Part shown: positions 1 through 8,768 of the stretch, one piece after another
Numbering within the stretch: position 1 is the first letter of the stretch
Layout: each line of letters opens with the position of its first letter
DNA from: Gemmatimonadota bacterium
Lineage (GTDB): Bacteria; Gemmatimonadota; Gemmatimonadetes; Longimicrobiales; Gaopeijiaceae
Length of the DNA: 64,000 nt
Reading direction: 5' to 3'
NCBI GenBank assembly: GCA_034521595.1
Contig: JAXHMG010000002.1
Location: 205,340 to 269,339 of the forward strand
The notes under the pieces: model-generated
Databases searched by the model: none
Told to the model about the DNA's origin: nothing
Seen by the model: the letters and a program-made list of their open reading frames with translations, nothing else
Position numbers and translations under genes: made by a program

Positions 1-2
1 CC

Positions 3-1457
3 CTCAACCGGACCCAGTACGACAAGCCTCCGCTCATCCCGCGCCAGGCTCCCCTCTGGGACCAGCTCGTCAACTACCTGCAGTACTTCGATTGGCAGTG
101 GTCGCGCTCGCTGGACGGAGCGCAATCCGTTTTCGCGGGGGCCCGCATCCCGTTCACCATGCTCTTCACCGGGCTCGGCGTGTGGGGCGCGTACGAGCAC
201 CTGCGCCGCGATCGAGTCAGCTTTTATTACATGGGCGTGCTCTTCGTGACGCTTTCGTTCGGGCTCGTCTACTACCTCAACTTCAAGCACGGCTACTCGC
301 TGGAAGCGCCCAGGCCCGACCGTAGCCTCCACGAGGTTCGCGAGCGGGACTACTTCTTCATCGCGAGCTTCTCGGTCTGGGGACTCTGGGCCGGCATGGG
401 CATCGTGACGCTCTGGCGGGAGGCGGCGTCCGAGTTCAAGACCACGATGGCCAAGGCGAGCCCCGTGCTCGCCCTCGCGCTCATTCCGCTGATGCTCAAC
501 TGGGGTTGGGCGGACCGCAGCTACGACTACTCCGCGCGAGACTGGGCCCACAACCTCCTCATGAGCGTGGAACCGTACGGCGTCATCTTCACGAACGGGG
601 ACAACGACACCTTCCCGCTCTGGTACCTCCAAGAGGTGGAAGGCGTCCGGAGGGACGTCACGGTCATCGTCACGTCCTACCTGAACACGGAGTGGTACAC
701 ACTCCAACTCAAGGCGCTCACGCGTCCGTGCCCGGAGGGTGTCGACCCGTCGTCGGACTGGACCGTCATCCAATGCCAGCGCCCCTACACGGCGGAGAAC
801 ACCAACGCGGCATACGTGGCCGAGCCCGAAGCGTCGGGCGAGAAGACGCCGCTTCTGCTCGACGAGCCGGTCTCTCCGCCGAGCGGCCCCGTGCTCTCCC
901 TCAGCGACGAGCAGATCGGGCGGGTGGCCGCCTCGTACACGCCCATCGAGGAGACGCAGCATCTGCAGCTCGGCGAGGTCGTGGCCAGGATCGAAGCGGG
1001 CTCCTACCTCGCGCCCTGGCAGCAATTCGCCCTCAACCTCGTCAACGAGTCGATCGGGGAACGCCCCATCTATTTCGCTTCCAGCGGCAACGCCGCCGGC
1101 TCCCTGGGGCTTCAACCATACCTCGTACGGCACGGGCTGGCGTTCAAGCTGCACAACGGGGCACTCGAAGAAGCCGGCCAAGATGTCGTGGAGCTGGAGC
1201 AGTCGCCGTACACGTCAGTGACGGGCAACTGGGTGGACGTCCCGCGGACCCGGAAGTTGTTCGAGGACGTGTTCGTACACCGCTCGGGGATCCCCGACGA
1301 ATGGTCTCACTGGCCCGATCTGGCCACGATCGGCATTCCGAACTACTACTCGTGGGGATACCTGGCGTTGACCCAGGCAGCCGTGCAGGCCGAAGATTCG
1401 GACCTCGTCGACCACTATCGAGCGCGCGCCGAGGCCTGGGCCGAGCTGGGCAGCTGA
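3..1457 (+). CDS. DUF2723/TMEM260-like polytopic membrane protein (putative protein O-glycosyltransferase), 5'-truncated by the window edge
   Basis: Frame is open from base 3 (LNRTQYDKPP...YFDWQW). Contains VRERDYFF and FTNGDNDTFPLWY motifs and several TM segments. Confidence 0.8.
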   Translation, partial: LNRTQYDKPPLIPRQAPLWDQLVNYLQYFDWQWSRSLDGAQSVFAGARIPFTMLFTGLGVWGAYEHLRRDRVSFYYMGVLFVTLSFGLVYYLNFKHGYSLEAPRPDRSLHEVRERDYFFIASFSVWGLWAGMGIVTLWREAASEFKTTMAKASPVLALALIPLMLNWGWADRSYDYSARDWAHNLLMSVEPYGVIFTNGDNDTFPLWYLQEVEGVRRDVTVIVTSYLNTEWYTLQLKALTRPCPEGVDPSSDWTVIQCQRPYTAENTNAAYVAEPEASGEKTPLLLDEPVSPPSGPVLSLSDEQIGRVAASYTPIEETQHLQLGEVVARIEAGSYLAPWQQFALNLVNESIGERPIYFASSGNAAGSLGLQPYLVRHGLAFKLHNGALEEAGQDVVELEQSPYTSVTGNWVDVPRTRKLFEDVFVHRSGIPDEWSHWPDLATIGIPNYYSWGYLALTQAAVQAEDSDLVDHYRARAEAWAELGS

Positions 1458-1508
1458 GCCGGCCGGCCCACTCCCCGTGACGCGCTCATTCCTCGGACCC
1501 CGACACTC

Positions 1509-1889
1509 ATGCGCACGATCTCGACCCCCGACGCACCCGAGCCCAAGGGGCACTACAGCCAGGCCATCGTGCATGGTGGCCTCGTTTACGTGGCAGGCCA
1601 GCTCGCGACCGACCCGAGTGACCCCGACGCGGACCCCGGTGATGCCGGTGAGCAGACCCGGCTCATCTTCCGGAACATCGAAGCGATCCTGGGCGCCGCG
1701 GGCTCCAGCCTGGATCGGCTGCTCCAGGTCACCATCTACGTCTCGGACATCGGGGCCTGGGCGACGGTGAACGACGCCTTCGCCGACGCGCTGGGCGACC
1801 ACCGCCCCACTCGAGCCATCGTGCCGGTCGCGACCCTCCCACCGGGACGGGAGGTGGAAGTCGTCGCCATCGCCGCCGTGGACGAATAG
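1509..1889 (+). CDS. RidA/YjgF/UK114 family enamine-imine deaminase
   Basis: 126 aa with GHYSQA, VYVAGQ and RPTRA...VEV motifs. Confidence 0.9.
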   Translation: MRTISTPDAPEPKGHYSQAIVHGGLVYVAGQLATDPSDPDADPGDAGEQTRLIFRNIEAILGAAGSSLDRLLQVTIYVSDIGAWATVNDAFADALGDHRPTRAIVPVATLPPGREVEVVAIAAVDE

Positions 1890-1935
1890 AGGAAACGGAG
1901 GCGTCGGCTCGGCCGCTCCGTGCTCGGCGTGGTGC

Positions 1936-2262
1936 TCAGCCTTTGCGCGGCAAGGTCATGTTGTCCAGGAAGCGCCGGTCCTTGCTCGAGAGCGCCTGGA
2001 CGCCTTCCTCGTCGATACGGTGGAGGAGGCGCTCGACCTCCTCCCGGTTCAGCGGGTGCAACCGCTCGACCTCGATAGCTCCCCACCGCTCGCGATCTTC
2101 CTGCTCCCGTACTGCCGGCGCCGCGTAGTGGGAGTTCGGCGCCTCCACTCGCCTCGCCTCCGCAATCCGCCGACGGCGCCGGGCCACGTACGCCCGGCGC
2201 AGCGCATATCCGCCCATCACCACGGCCATGGCCATGGCCAGGCCCATCATCCACACATCCAT
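1936..2262 (-). CDS. Small membrane-anchored hypothetical protein with a C-terminal DUF6576-like helical motif
   Basis: N-terminal TM helix followed by EVERLLHRIDEEGVQALSSKDRRFL. Start is ATG 2262 or TTG 2274. Confidence 0.65.
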   Translation of the reverse strand: MDVWMMGLAMAMAVVMGGYALRRAYVARRRRRIAEARRVEAPNSHYAAPAVREQEDRERWGAIEVERLHPLNREEVERLLHRIDEEGVQALSSKDRRFLDNMTLPRKG

Positions 2263-2396
2263 AAGCGCTTGCAACCGTGTACCTCGTCCTGCCCCGCTGC
2301 ATTCGCGGGGACGCCGCCCTCAACATGATGCGACGGGGACGGCGGACGAAAGGTTGCGTGACACGACCCGCGGGCGGGCCGGGAACGCAAGGACCC

Positions 2397-4868
2397 TCAG
2401 ACGGTCGGACGGAGCTCGATCCACCCCGGGCCGGACGGGACCGGACGCACCACGGGTCCTCCGGGAACGCCGTCGGCTCTGGCTTCGAGGAGGTAATTGA
2501 ACAGCTCGGGTCGGGCGTCCACGGCAGCGCCCCGGGTGATCAGGATCATCCTCGGGATCTCCTGCGTCAGCGCTTTCAGGAGCGACAACGTCCGGCTCCG
2601 GGTTTCGGAGTCCAAGCGGTCGAACGGCTCCTCGACGGGGAAGGAGGCCAGGACCCGGCCCGATCCCGCCGTCAGCGAAGCCGCCGCGAGACGCAACGCG
2701 AGTCGTGCAGCCGCGAGATCCTCCTCGGAAAGCGGATGGAGCACGCCCATGGTCCCCTGCAGGTGAGCTCGCCCACCGGATTCGGTCACGGCGAGGATCC
2801 GGCCTCCGGAGATGCGGCAGAGGAAGCGCGACGCTCGATCCAGGAGCTGATCCAGCGCACGTTGGAGTCGCGCGGCCCGCACCCGGCCGAGCGCCTCCAC
2901 CACGGGCTTGTCGGGCCCTGCCAGCGCTCCCGCCAACTCCCCGTGCGAAGCCCCACCACCGCCCCGCTCCGCCAGCCGGTTGCGAAGGATCTCCACACGC
3001 TCCGATCCGGCCTCGATGGCCGCGTGGAGCCGCACGGCGCGGCCTTCGAGGTCCCGTAGGTGCTCGGGCTTCAGCTCGAGCTGCGCCCACCGACTCCGCC
3101 ACCAGCTGCCGTCCTGCACCACCGCCTCCCATTCCTCCTTGAGCTCGGCGAGCACCGCTTCGTAGTGCGCGGCCAGCACACGGCCGCACGTCGGGCAAGG
3201 AGCGTCCGGACCGGCGGACTCCATCCTGCGAAGCCTCGCCCGCAGCTCCCGTGCCCGGTCGCGGTACGCCTGCAACGTGGTCTCGGCGTCCTGGCGCTCA
3301 CGAAGCCAATCCATCGTGGCCGCTTCGAGGTCGCCGTCCACTTCCGCGGCGTCCGCCCGCACCTGCTTGAGCTCCCGCTCGGCGGCATCCAGCTCTTCGG
3401 CGAGCGCCCGGCTCTCGGCCGAGCCGCTGGCCATCGCGTCCCCCCGATCGTCCGACGCCGGCCCCGGACGGTGGTCCGGATCGACCCCGGCCCGGTCCAG
3501 GGCAGCATCCAGGACGGTCAAACCCCTGCTGGCCGCGACCGCCTCGACGGCCAGCCTCAGCGCCGAATCGAGGGTTTCGGCCTCGATGCCCTGCCAGAGC
3601 CTGCCGAGCGGACTCGCGTCGCCGATCCGGCCACGGACGAACTCGGCCACGGCGCGACGGGTGCGTGAGCCCCCGCCGAACACCGCGGTGAGCCCTTCCG
3701 GAATGGACGTGCTGATCCGCCCGAGCCCCGGGACCGTTCCCTCGAGCACTTCCATGCGCCCCACCGGATGGGAGCCGAGGTCTTCCTCTTCGGGGAGCCA
3801 CGCCGCAAGCCGATCGAGGGCCTCCGCCGAGCTCGAGCCTTCTCGCATCAGCTCCGCCTCCACGGCGTCGCGGAGCCGTCGCACGGCCTCGGTCGGCAAC
3901 CAGGCTTCCGCGGGCACGCGCGGCTCACGGCCGACTTCCACGGCGAGGTGGAGCGCCCGGTCCCGTAGCTCTTCGATCGGGGTCCCCTGGAGCGCGAGCA
4001 GGTCCGAGGGAACCGCGCCTTCGAGCCGTACCCGCACGATCTTGCCCTCGATGCCGCCCGGGACCTCGTCGGCGACCTCCCGCACCCGCCGCCGGACCCG
4101 GTCGGGGTCACCCGAGCCCACCTTGATGGGGGCGAGGGCCACGACCGGCCTCCCGCGAACCCGATGAAACGTCGCTTCCCCCCGTTCGACATCGACGGTC
4201 ACGAACCCCTTTTCGTCCGCCGCTTCGTCCCACGGATCGAGGGCGACGCGCTCGAGCGAGCCGGCGTACCGCACTCCTCTCGTCACCTCCCGGGCTCGGT
4301 GCTCCCCCCCGAGCGCGACGTAGTCCCATTCGTCCGGTTCCACGTGCACGCCGCGCACCGGCCCTCCCGAAGCGGTGTGTGCATGCAGCACGAGGAGATT
4401 CCAACGGCGAGTCGGGTCGGGCTCCGGCACCACCGGTGGTTCCCGGACCGCCGCGCGATGGGGGACGAGACACGCATGCAGGTCGAGCCGGTCGATCAGG
4501 ATGGACCGGGTGAGCCCGGTCGCGGCCTCCACGTTCGAGAACGTGTCCAACACGGCGAGGGCGCCCGGATCCCCCGAGCGGCGGGGGGTGTCTCTGGGCC
4601 CCGCCACCATCAGGACGGGAGCTCCGGACAGCGAGGAACGCAGCAGCTCGAGCCCCCGGGCGAGCGCGACCACGGCTCCGGCCGGCGGGTCCGGCCGGTC
4701 GAACACGTCCCCGGCCACGACCACCACGTCAGGCCCGATTCGTACGAGCTCCCCCACGGCACGCTCGAACGCGGCCGATACGTCCCGCTCCCGGATGTTC
4801 ATCTCGCTCTCGACGCGGCCGTACGCCCGAAATCCGAGATGGAGATCCGAGAGATGGGCGACGATCAC
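2397..4868 (-). CDS. SbcD/Mre11-like metallophosphoesterase fused to a shortened, degenerate SbcC/Rad50-like coiled-coil/zinc-hook region
   Basis: HLSDLHLG, AGDVFD and YAGSLER in the N-terminal half. Coiled coil around CPTCG (3183-3197). LSEED and VEEPFDRLD sit at the signature and Walker B positions. Confidence 0.85.
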   Translation of the reverse strand: MIVAHLSDLHLGFRAYGRVESEMNIRERDVSAAFERAVGELVRIGPDVVVVAGDVFDRPDPPAGAVVALARGLELLRSSLSGAPVLMVAGPRDTPRRSGDPGALAVLDTFSNVEAATGLTRSILIDRLDLHACLVPHRAAVREPPVVPEPDPTRRWNLLVLHAHTASGGPVRGVHVEPDEWDYVALGGEHRAREVTRGVRYAGSLERVALDPWDEAADEKGFVTVDVERGEATFHRVRGRPVVALAPIKVGSGDPDRVRRRVREVADEVPGGIEGKIVRVRLEGAVPSDLLALQGTPIEELRDRALHLAVEVGREPRVPAEAWLPTEAVRRLRDAVEAELMREGSSSAEALDRLAAWLPEEEDLGSHPVGRMEVLEGTVPGLGRISTSIPEGLTAVFGGGSRTRRAVAEFVRGRIGDASPLGRLWQGIEAETLDSALRLAVEAVAASRGLTVLDAALDRAGVDPDHRPGPASDDRGDAMASGSAESRALAEELDAAERELKQVRADAAEVDGDLEAATMDWLRERQDAETTLQAYRDRARELRARLRRMESAGPDAPCPTCGRVLAAHYEAVLAELKEEWEAVVQDGSWWRSRWAQLELKPEHLRDLEGRAVRLHAAIEAGSERVEILRNRLAERGGGGASHGELAGALAGPDKPVVEALGRVRAARLQRALDQLLDRASRFLCRISGGRILAVTESGGRAHLQGTMGVLHPLSEEDLAAARLALRLAAASLTAGSGRVLASFPVEEPFDRLDSETRSRTLSLLKALTQEIPRMILITRGAAVDARPELFNYLLEARADGVPGGPVVRPVPSGPGWIELRPTV

Positions 4869-6253
4869 GAGGGCTGGCGGCTGCCGCCGAGAGGACGCCC
4901 GGCCGCCTCCGTCGGAGGCGGAGCACGTCGTGCCACGAGCACCTCGTCGCGAGTCTCGGATCGATCCCGCCGCTCGGTCTCCCAGTCGGGCGGCCCGAAC
5001 CCCCTTGGATGGTGCGCGGCCTTCGGGCCCCAGACCATGACGCCCTCGGGTGCCAGGAGCTCACCGAGACGCCGCTGCGCCGCCTTGGACACCGCCTCCA
5101 GACCGCCGACCGCGTCGAAGGCCCGGCCATCGACCAGGACGAGATCGAACGGGCCCTCGAGCTCCGAGAGCCGGTCGGCGAGGTTGCCGGTCAGAACCCG
5201 CCGCCTGGACCGGTCGAAACCCTCACCCTCCTCGGCCTGTTCTTCGACCTGCTCCCACTCCGGCACCGTGCCGAAGTGGCTGAGGCCGAGCTCCACGACG
5301 CAGTGCGCCCGCTCCAGAACGGTCACCTCGGCCCGCTCGTGCCGTGCCAGAACTTCGGAGGGAGCGTGCGACGCGCCACCCCCGACGTGGAGGACGCGGG
5401 GCGCCTCAGGGGCATCGGAGGATGCGAGGATCTCCCTCGCCGTGGCCACGTCCCAGGCGATCTCGCTTCCGGACGCCCACGTCCCATCCCCGACGCTCCG
5501 GCCATCCCCGCCACGCTCCGCCCGCTGAACCGTCCGGACGACGTCACCTTCGAGCAACAGCCATTCGATCACGTCCCCACCCGCGTGCACCCGCTCCTCC
5601 ACTCGAACCGGTGGCGGGCCCACACACCCCTTCGCCACCTCGCGCCGGCGAGGCGTACCGGATCGGACCACTCCGTACGTCATGCCACCGAGCGACACGA
5701 GGACGAGACAGAGGACGAGCAACGACGCCGGGGTCGGCGCCTGGGGGAGCAGAAAACCCGTGAGCGCGAAACCCGCGGCCGCCCCGAAGGCCCCCACCGA
5801 GGCATGCCGGGGTGGGACGGCGCCGGCATTGCGATACGCCTCGAACACCAGTCCGCTCAGGAGCGCTCCGCACGCGTAGAGGGGGAGCCCGACCAAAACG
5901 GCCAGCCCCAGCCCCTGCCCGACCCGACCACTCCCGATCGTGGGCACCATCGTCCAAACCGTCCCGAACACCGTCGCCGCCAGGAACGCGACCAAGGTGA
6001 AGATCCACCTTCGGCGTATGCCGTCGACCGGCTCCGGCTTGGGGTACGGAGTCCACAGTCCGACCGCGAGCGCCGTCGCTTCGACGGTCAGAACGGTGGT
6101 CAGGGAGCGAGTGAAGCCCGGACCGCTGTAGAGAAGCAGACCCATGCCCACCTCGGCGGCCACGGCGCTCGCGAATCCGACCACGAACACGGGCACCCAC
6201 CCGAGGGGATGCCGGGCCTCGCCGGGCGGTCGACCCGCCGGACCTGCGCTCAC
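4865..6253 (-). CDS. Membrane domain fused to a spermidine-synthase-like SAM-dependent transferase domain
   Basis: About 6 N-terminal TM helices, then VLHVGGGAS, VLER and FDLVLVD Rossmann motifs. 4-nt overlaps with both neighbours. Confidence 0.7.
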   Translation of the reverse strand: MSAGPAGRPPGEARHPLGWVPVFVVGFASAVAAEVGMGLLLYSGPGFTRSLTTVLTVEATALAVGLWTPYPKPEPVDGIRRRWIFTLVAFLAATVFGTVWTMVPTIGSGRVGQGLGLAVLVGLPLYACGALLSGLVFEAYRNAGAVPPRHASVGAFGAAAGFALTGFLLPQAPTPASLLVLCLVLVSLGGMTYGVVRSGTPRRREVAKGCVGPPPVRVEERVHAGGDVIEWLLLEGDVVRTVQRAERGGDGRSVGDGTWASGSEIAWDVATAREILASSDAPEAPRVLHVGGGASHAPSEVLARHERAEVTVLERAHCVVELGLSHFGTVPEWEQVEEQAEEGEGFDRSRRRVLTGNLADRLSELEGPFDLVLVDGRAFDAVGGLEAVSKAAQRRLGELLAPEGVMVWGPKAAHHPRGFGPPDWETERRDRSETRDEVLVARRAPPPTEAAGRPLGGSRQPS

Positions 6254-6759
6254 GAGGCGACCGACCCGAAGGCCCCTTCGTGGTAGACCATGGACGGCTG
6301 CTCACTCACGCCCGTGGCACGCACTTCGCCCACGATGATCGTGTGATCACCCCCCGGATGCGCTTCGTGGAGCGTGCACTGAAGCCACGCGGAAGCCCCC
6401 CTTATGACCGGATGCCCGTCCGGCCCCACGAACCACTCCACCTCGTCGAAGCGACCCTCCGAGGGATCGACCGCGAAGCGACTCGCGACCGAAGCCTGCG
6501 CTTCGGAGAGGACGCTGATACCGAACCCTTCGGCCTCGAGGATCCGATCATGGGTATCCGACGACCGATCGATGCAAACCAGGACGAGGGGCGGCTCGAG
6601 CGAGACCGACGTGAAGGCGCTCACGGTCAATCCCCACGGATAGCCGGAAGCATCGGTAACGGCCACGACGGTCACCCCGGTGGGAAAGCGTCGCATGGCT
6701 TGCCGGAAGTCGCCCGTGCTCACTGGTGAAACCATTGGCTCGTCATCCTCGGGAGGCAC
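6250..6759 (-). CDS. Flavin reductase family protein (HpaC/RutF-like)
   Basis: FRQAMRRFPTGVTVV, SFTSVSLEPP-like and GGDHTIIVGEV motifs. The true start may be ATG 6735. Confidence 0.9.
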   Translation of the reverse strand: MPPEDDEPMVSPVSTGDFRQAMRRFPTGVTVVAVTDASGYPWGLTVSAFTSVSLEPPLVLVCIDRSSDTHDRILEAEGFGISVLSEAQASVASRFAVDPSEGRFDEVEWFVGPDGHPVIRGASAWLQCTLHEAHPGGDHTIIVGEVRATGVSEQPSMVYHEGAFGSVAS

Positions 6760-6861
6760 GATGGAGTCGCCGGGGCGTGCTTGCTCGTCGGTGCCTCACC
6801 GCTAGGTTTCGAAGCCCGAGCCGAGGCGGTGCCGGACAGCGAAACTGGACTGAAGGCCCTG

Positions 6862-7851
6862 ATGCGACGCCATTTCCTAACGATTGCGGTGATCTTAACC
6901 GTGGCCAGCGGCTGCGACAACGTGGCGTGGGGTGGAATCGACGTCACGATCGAGTCGCCCTCGACGCTCGCGGACACCGGCCGGGACTCCGCGAGCGTCG
7001 AGGAGCCCGAAGCGCCCCAACCCCGCCTGGGACCCGCGCTCTTGGCTGGTAGACGCCAAGGTTCCGAGGTGCGGCTGTCTCCGGTGGGCATGCTCCTCGA
7101 CGACTCCCTCGCCCCGCTCCCCGGCCCGGCCGACAGCGCCGCGCACGCCGAGGCGCTAGCCATGCTCGACAGCGGCTCGGAGTGGGTGCTCTTCGGCGCC
7201 GGCGCGAGAATCGGGACGCTGCGCGTCACCGAAACGGCGCAGGACCCGGAGCTGTGCGGCCTCGACCGCGTGCTCGTGGGCCCGCCGGAGCTGTTGCCGG
7301 ATGCGGCGAACCAGGAACGCTTCCTCGCCCTCTCCGCCGACTACGCCGAGGCCTGGTCGGCAGGTGAATACGCGCCGCTCGCGCACAACTATAACCAACG
7401 GGTGGCTTCACTCGAGCTGGGTGGGGCCGCGCTTCCCCGTGTCGGAGCGCGCTGGCCGGCCGAGGGCATGCTCGGCTCGAGGCAGGACATCCAGGCGTTC
7501 CGGCCCGCCGAGGACGCCACACCTTCGATCGCCGCGACGTTCGTCGTCGGAGACGCGCTCGACACTTCGGCGCCCTCCACCGACGCGTACGCGCTCTTTC
7601 TGATGGCCCGCGAGAGCCCCGAAGGATTCGAGGAGACGTACCTCTGGTACCGGCCGGCGGCCGAGGGCAAAGCGGTGCCCCGCCTGGTCGAGCACCTCGA
7701 CTGGGATCGAGACGGACGCGCCGAAGCGCTGTTGGAGGTGCTGGGAGAGGGCCGCCGAGGGTACGTCGGCTTGGAACGGGACGACGACGGAGCCTGGAGC
7801 GAGGCCTACCGGAGTCCCTGCGCCCATACGTCGGGGACCACGGAGCGTTGA
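6862..7851 (+). CDS. Hypothetical lipoprotein
   Basis: MRRHFLTIAVILTVASG-C lipobox and a DWDRDG loop. Stop overlaps the start of the downstream binding protein. Confidence 0.7.
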   Translation: MRRHFLTIAVILTVASGCDNVAWGGIDVTIESPSTLADTGRDSASVEEPEAPQPRLGPALLAGRRQGSEVRLSPVGMLLDDSLAPLPGPADSAAHAEALAMLDSGSEWVLFGAGARIGTLRVTETAQDPELCGLDRVLVGPPELLPDAANQERFLALSADYAEAWSAGEYAPLAHNYNQRVASLELGGAALPRVGARWPAEGMLGSRQDIQAFRPAEDATPSIAATFVVGDALDTSAPSTDAYALFLMARESPEGFEETYLWYRPAAEGKAVPRLVEHLDWDRDGRAEALLEVLGEGRRGYVGLERDDDGAWSEAYRSPCAHTSGTTER

Positions 7852-8768
7852 CGCGCCCTTCATCGGCGCCACGCCGCGTCGCGCGGCCGCGGCTCCGCTT
7901 TTGGGCGTGCCTCTGCGCTTGCGTTGCGGGGCTGGCGGCGGCGTGCGATGCGCCGGAGCAGGACGCGAGCCAGTCGTCGATGTCCGGCGCGATCGAAGTC
8001 CGGGATGCGAGCGGCCGCACCGTGCGGCTCGCTGACCCAGCCACCCGCGTCATCTCCCTCGTGCCTTCCGCCACGCTCACCCTCCGGGCGATTGGCGCCG
8101 CGGACCATCTGGTGGGACGCACCGACTTCGACGAGGGAGTGGGCCTCGACTCCCTGCCTTCGGTCGGTGCCGGCCTGGAGCCGAGCCTCGAGGCCATCGT
8201 CTCGTTGCGCCCGGATCTGGTCGTACGCTTCGCCGGCGACCAGGACCGCCGCACCCCGTCACGGCTCGACGACCTGGGCATTCCGCACCTCGCCGTCCGG
8301 CCCGACAGGATCGAGGACGTCCTCGCGAGCATCGACATGCTCGGACGGGTGACGGGGCGCTCGGCGGCCGCCGATTCGCTCGTCGACCAAATCCGCGCCG
8401 ATCTGGATCGGGTCGGGGAGCTGGTCGCGTCCCGACCGCCCCTCGAGGTCGCCTACGTGCTCGGCGGCACACCCCCGTGGGTCGCGGGTCCCGGCACGTA
8501 CATCCACGAGCTCATCGAGCTCGCCGGAGGGGAGAACGTCTTCGCCGACCTCGACAACCTCTACCAGGCGGTGAGTCCGGAGGAGATCCGGTCCCGTGCC
8601 ATCGATGTCGTGCTCGTGTCCGGCACCGACGTCTTCGACCGGACATTGGCACCCGACGCGCGCATCGAGACGGTCGACGAGAGCCTCGAGATTCCCGGTC
8701 CGAGCCTCGCGAGCTCGGCACGCCGCATGGCCGAGCTGCTACACGGTCCGCTTCCCTCCGGGCCATGA
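7848..8768 (+). CDS. Cobalamin/Fe-chelate ABC transporter substrate-binding lipoprotein (BtuF-like)
   Basis: RVISLVPSAT, EAIVSLRPDLV, AGGENVF and VSPEEI motifs plus a lipobox. Confidence 0.85.
   Translation: MTRPSSAPRRVARPRLRFWACLCACVAGLAAACDAPEQDASQSSMSGAIEVRDASGRTVRLADPATRVISLVPSATLTLRAIGAADHLVGRTDFDEGVGLDSLPSVGAGLEPSLEAIVSLRPDLVVRFAGDQDRRTPSRLDDLGIPHLAVRPDRIEDVLASIDMLGRVTGRSAAADSLVDQIRADLDRVGELVASRPPLEVAYVLGGTPPWVAGPGTYIHELIELAGGENVFADLDNLYQAVSPEEIRSRAIDVVLVSGTDVFDRTLAPDARIETVDESLEIPGPSLASSARRMAELLHGPLPSGP

Noticed and set aside
6760-6861. Possible cobalamin riboswitch ahead of the BtuFCD-like operon
   Set aside because: The gap is only about 100 bp between divergent genes, and no B12-box core is visible.
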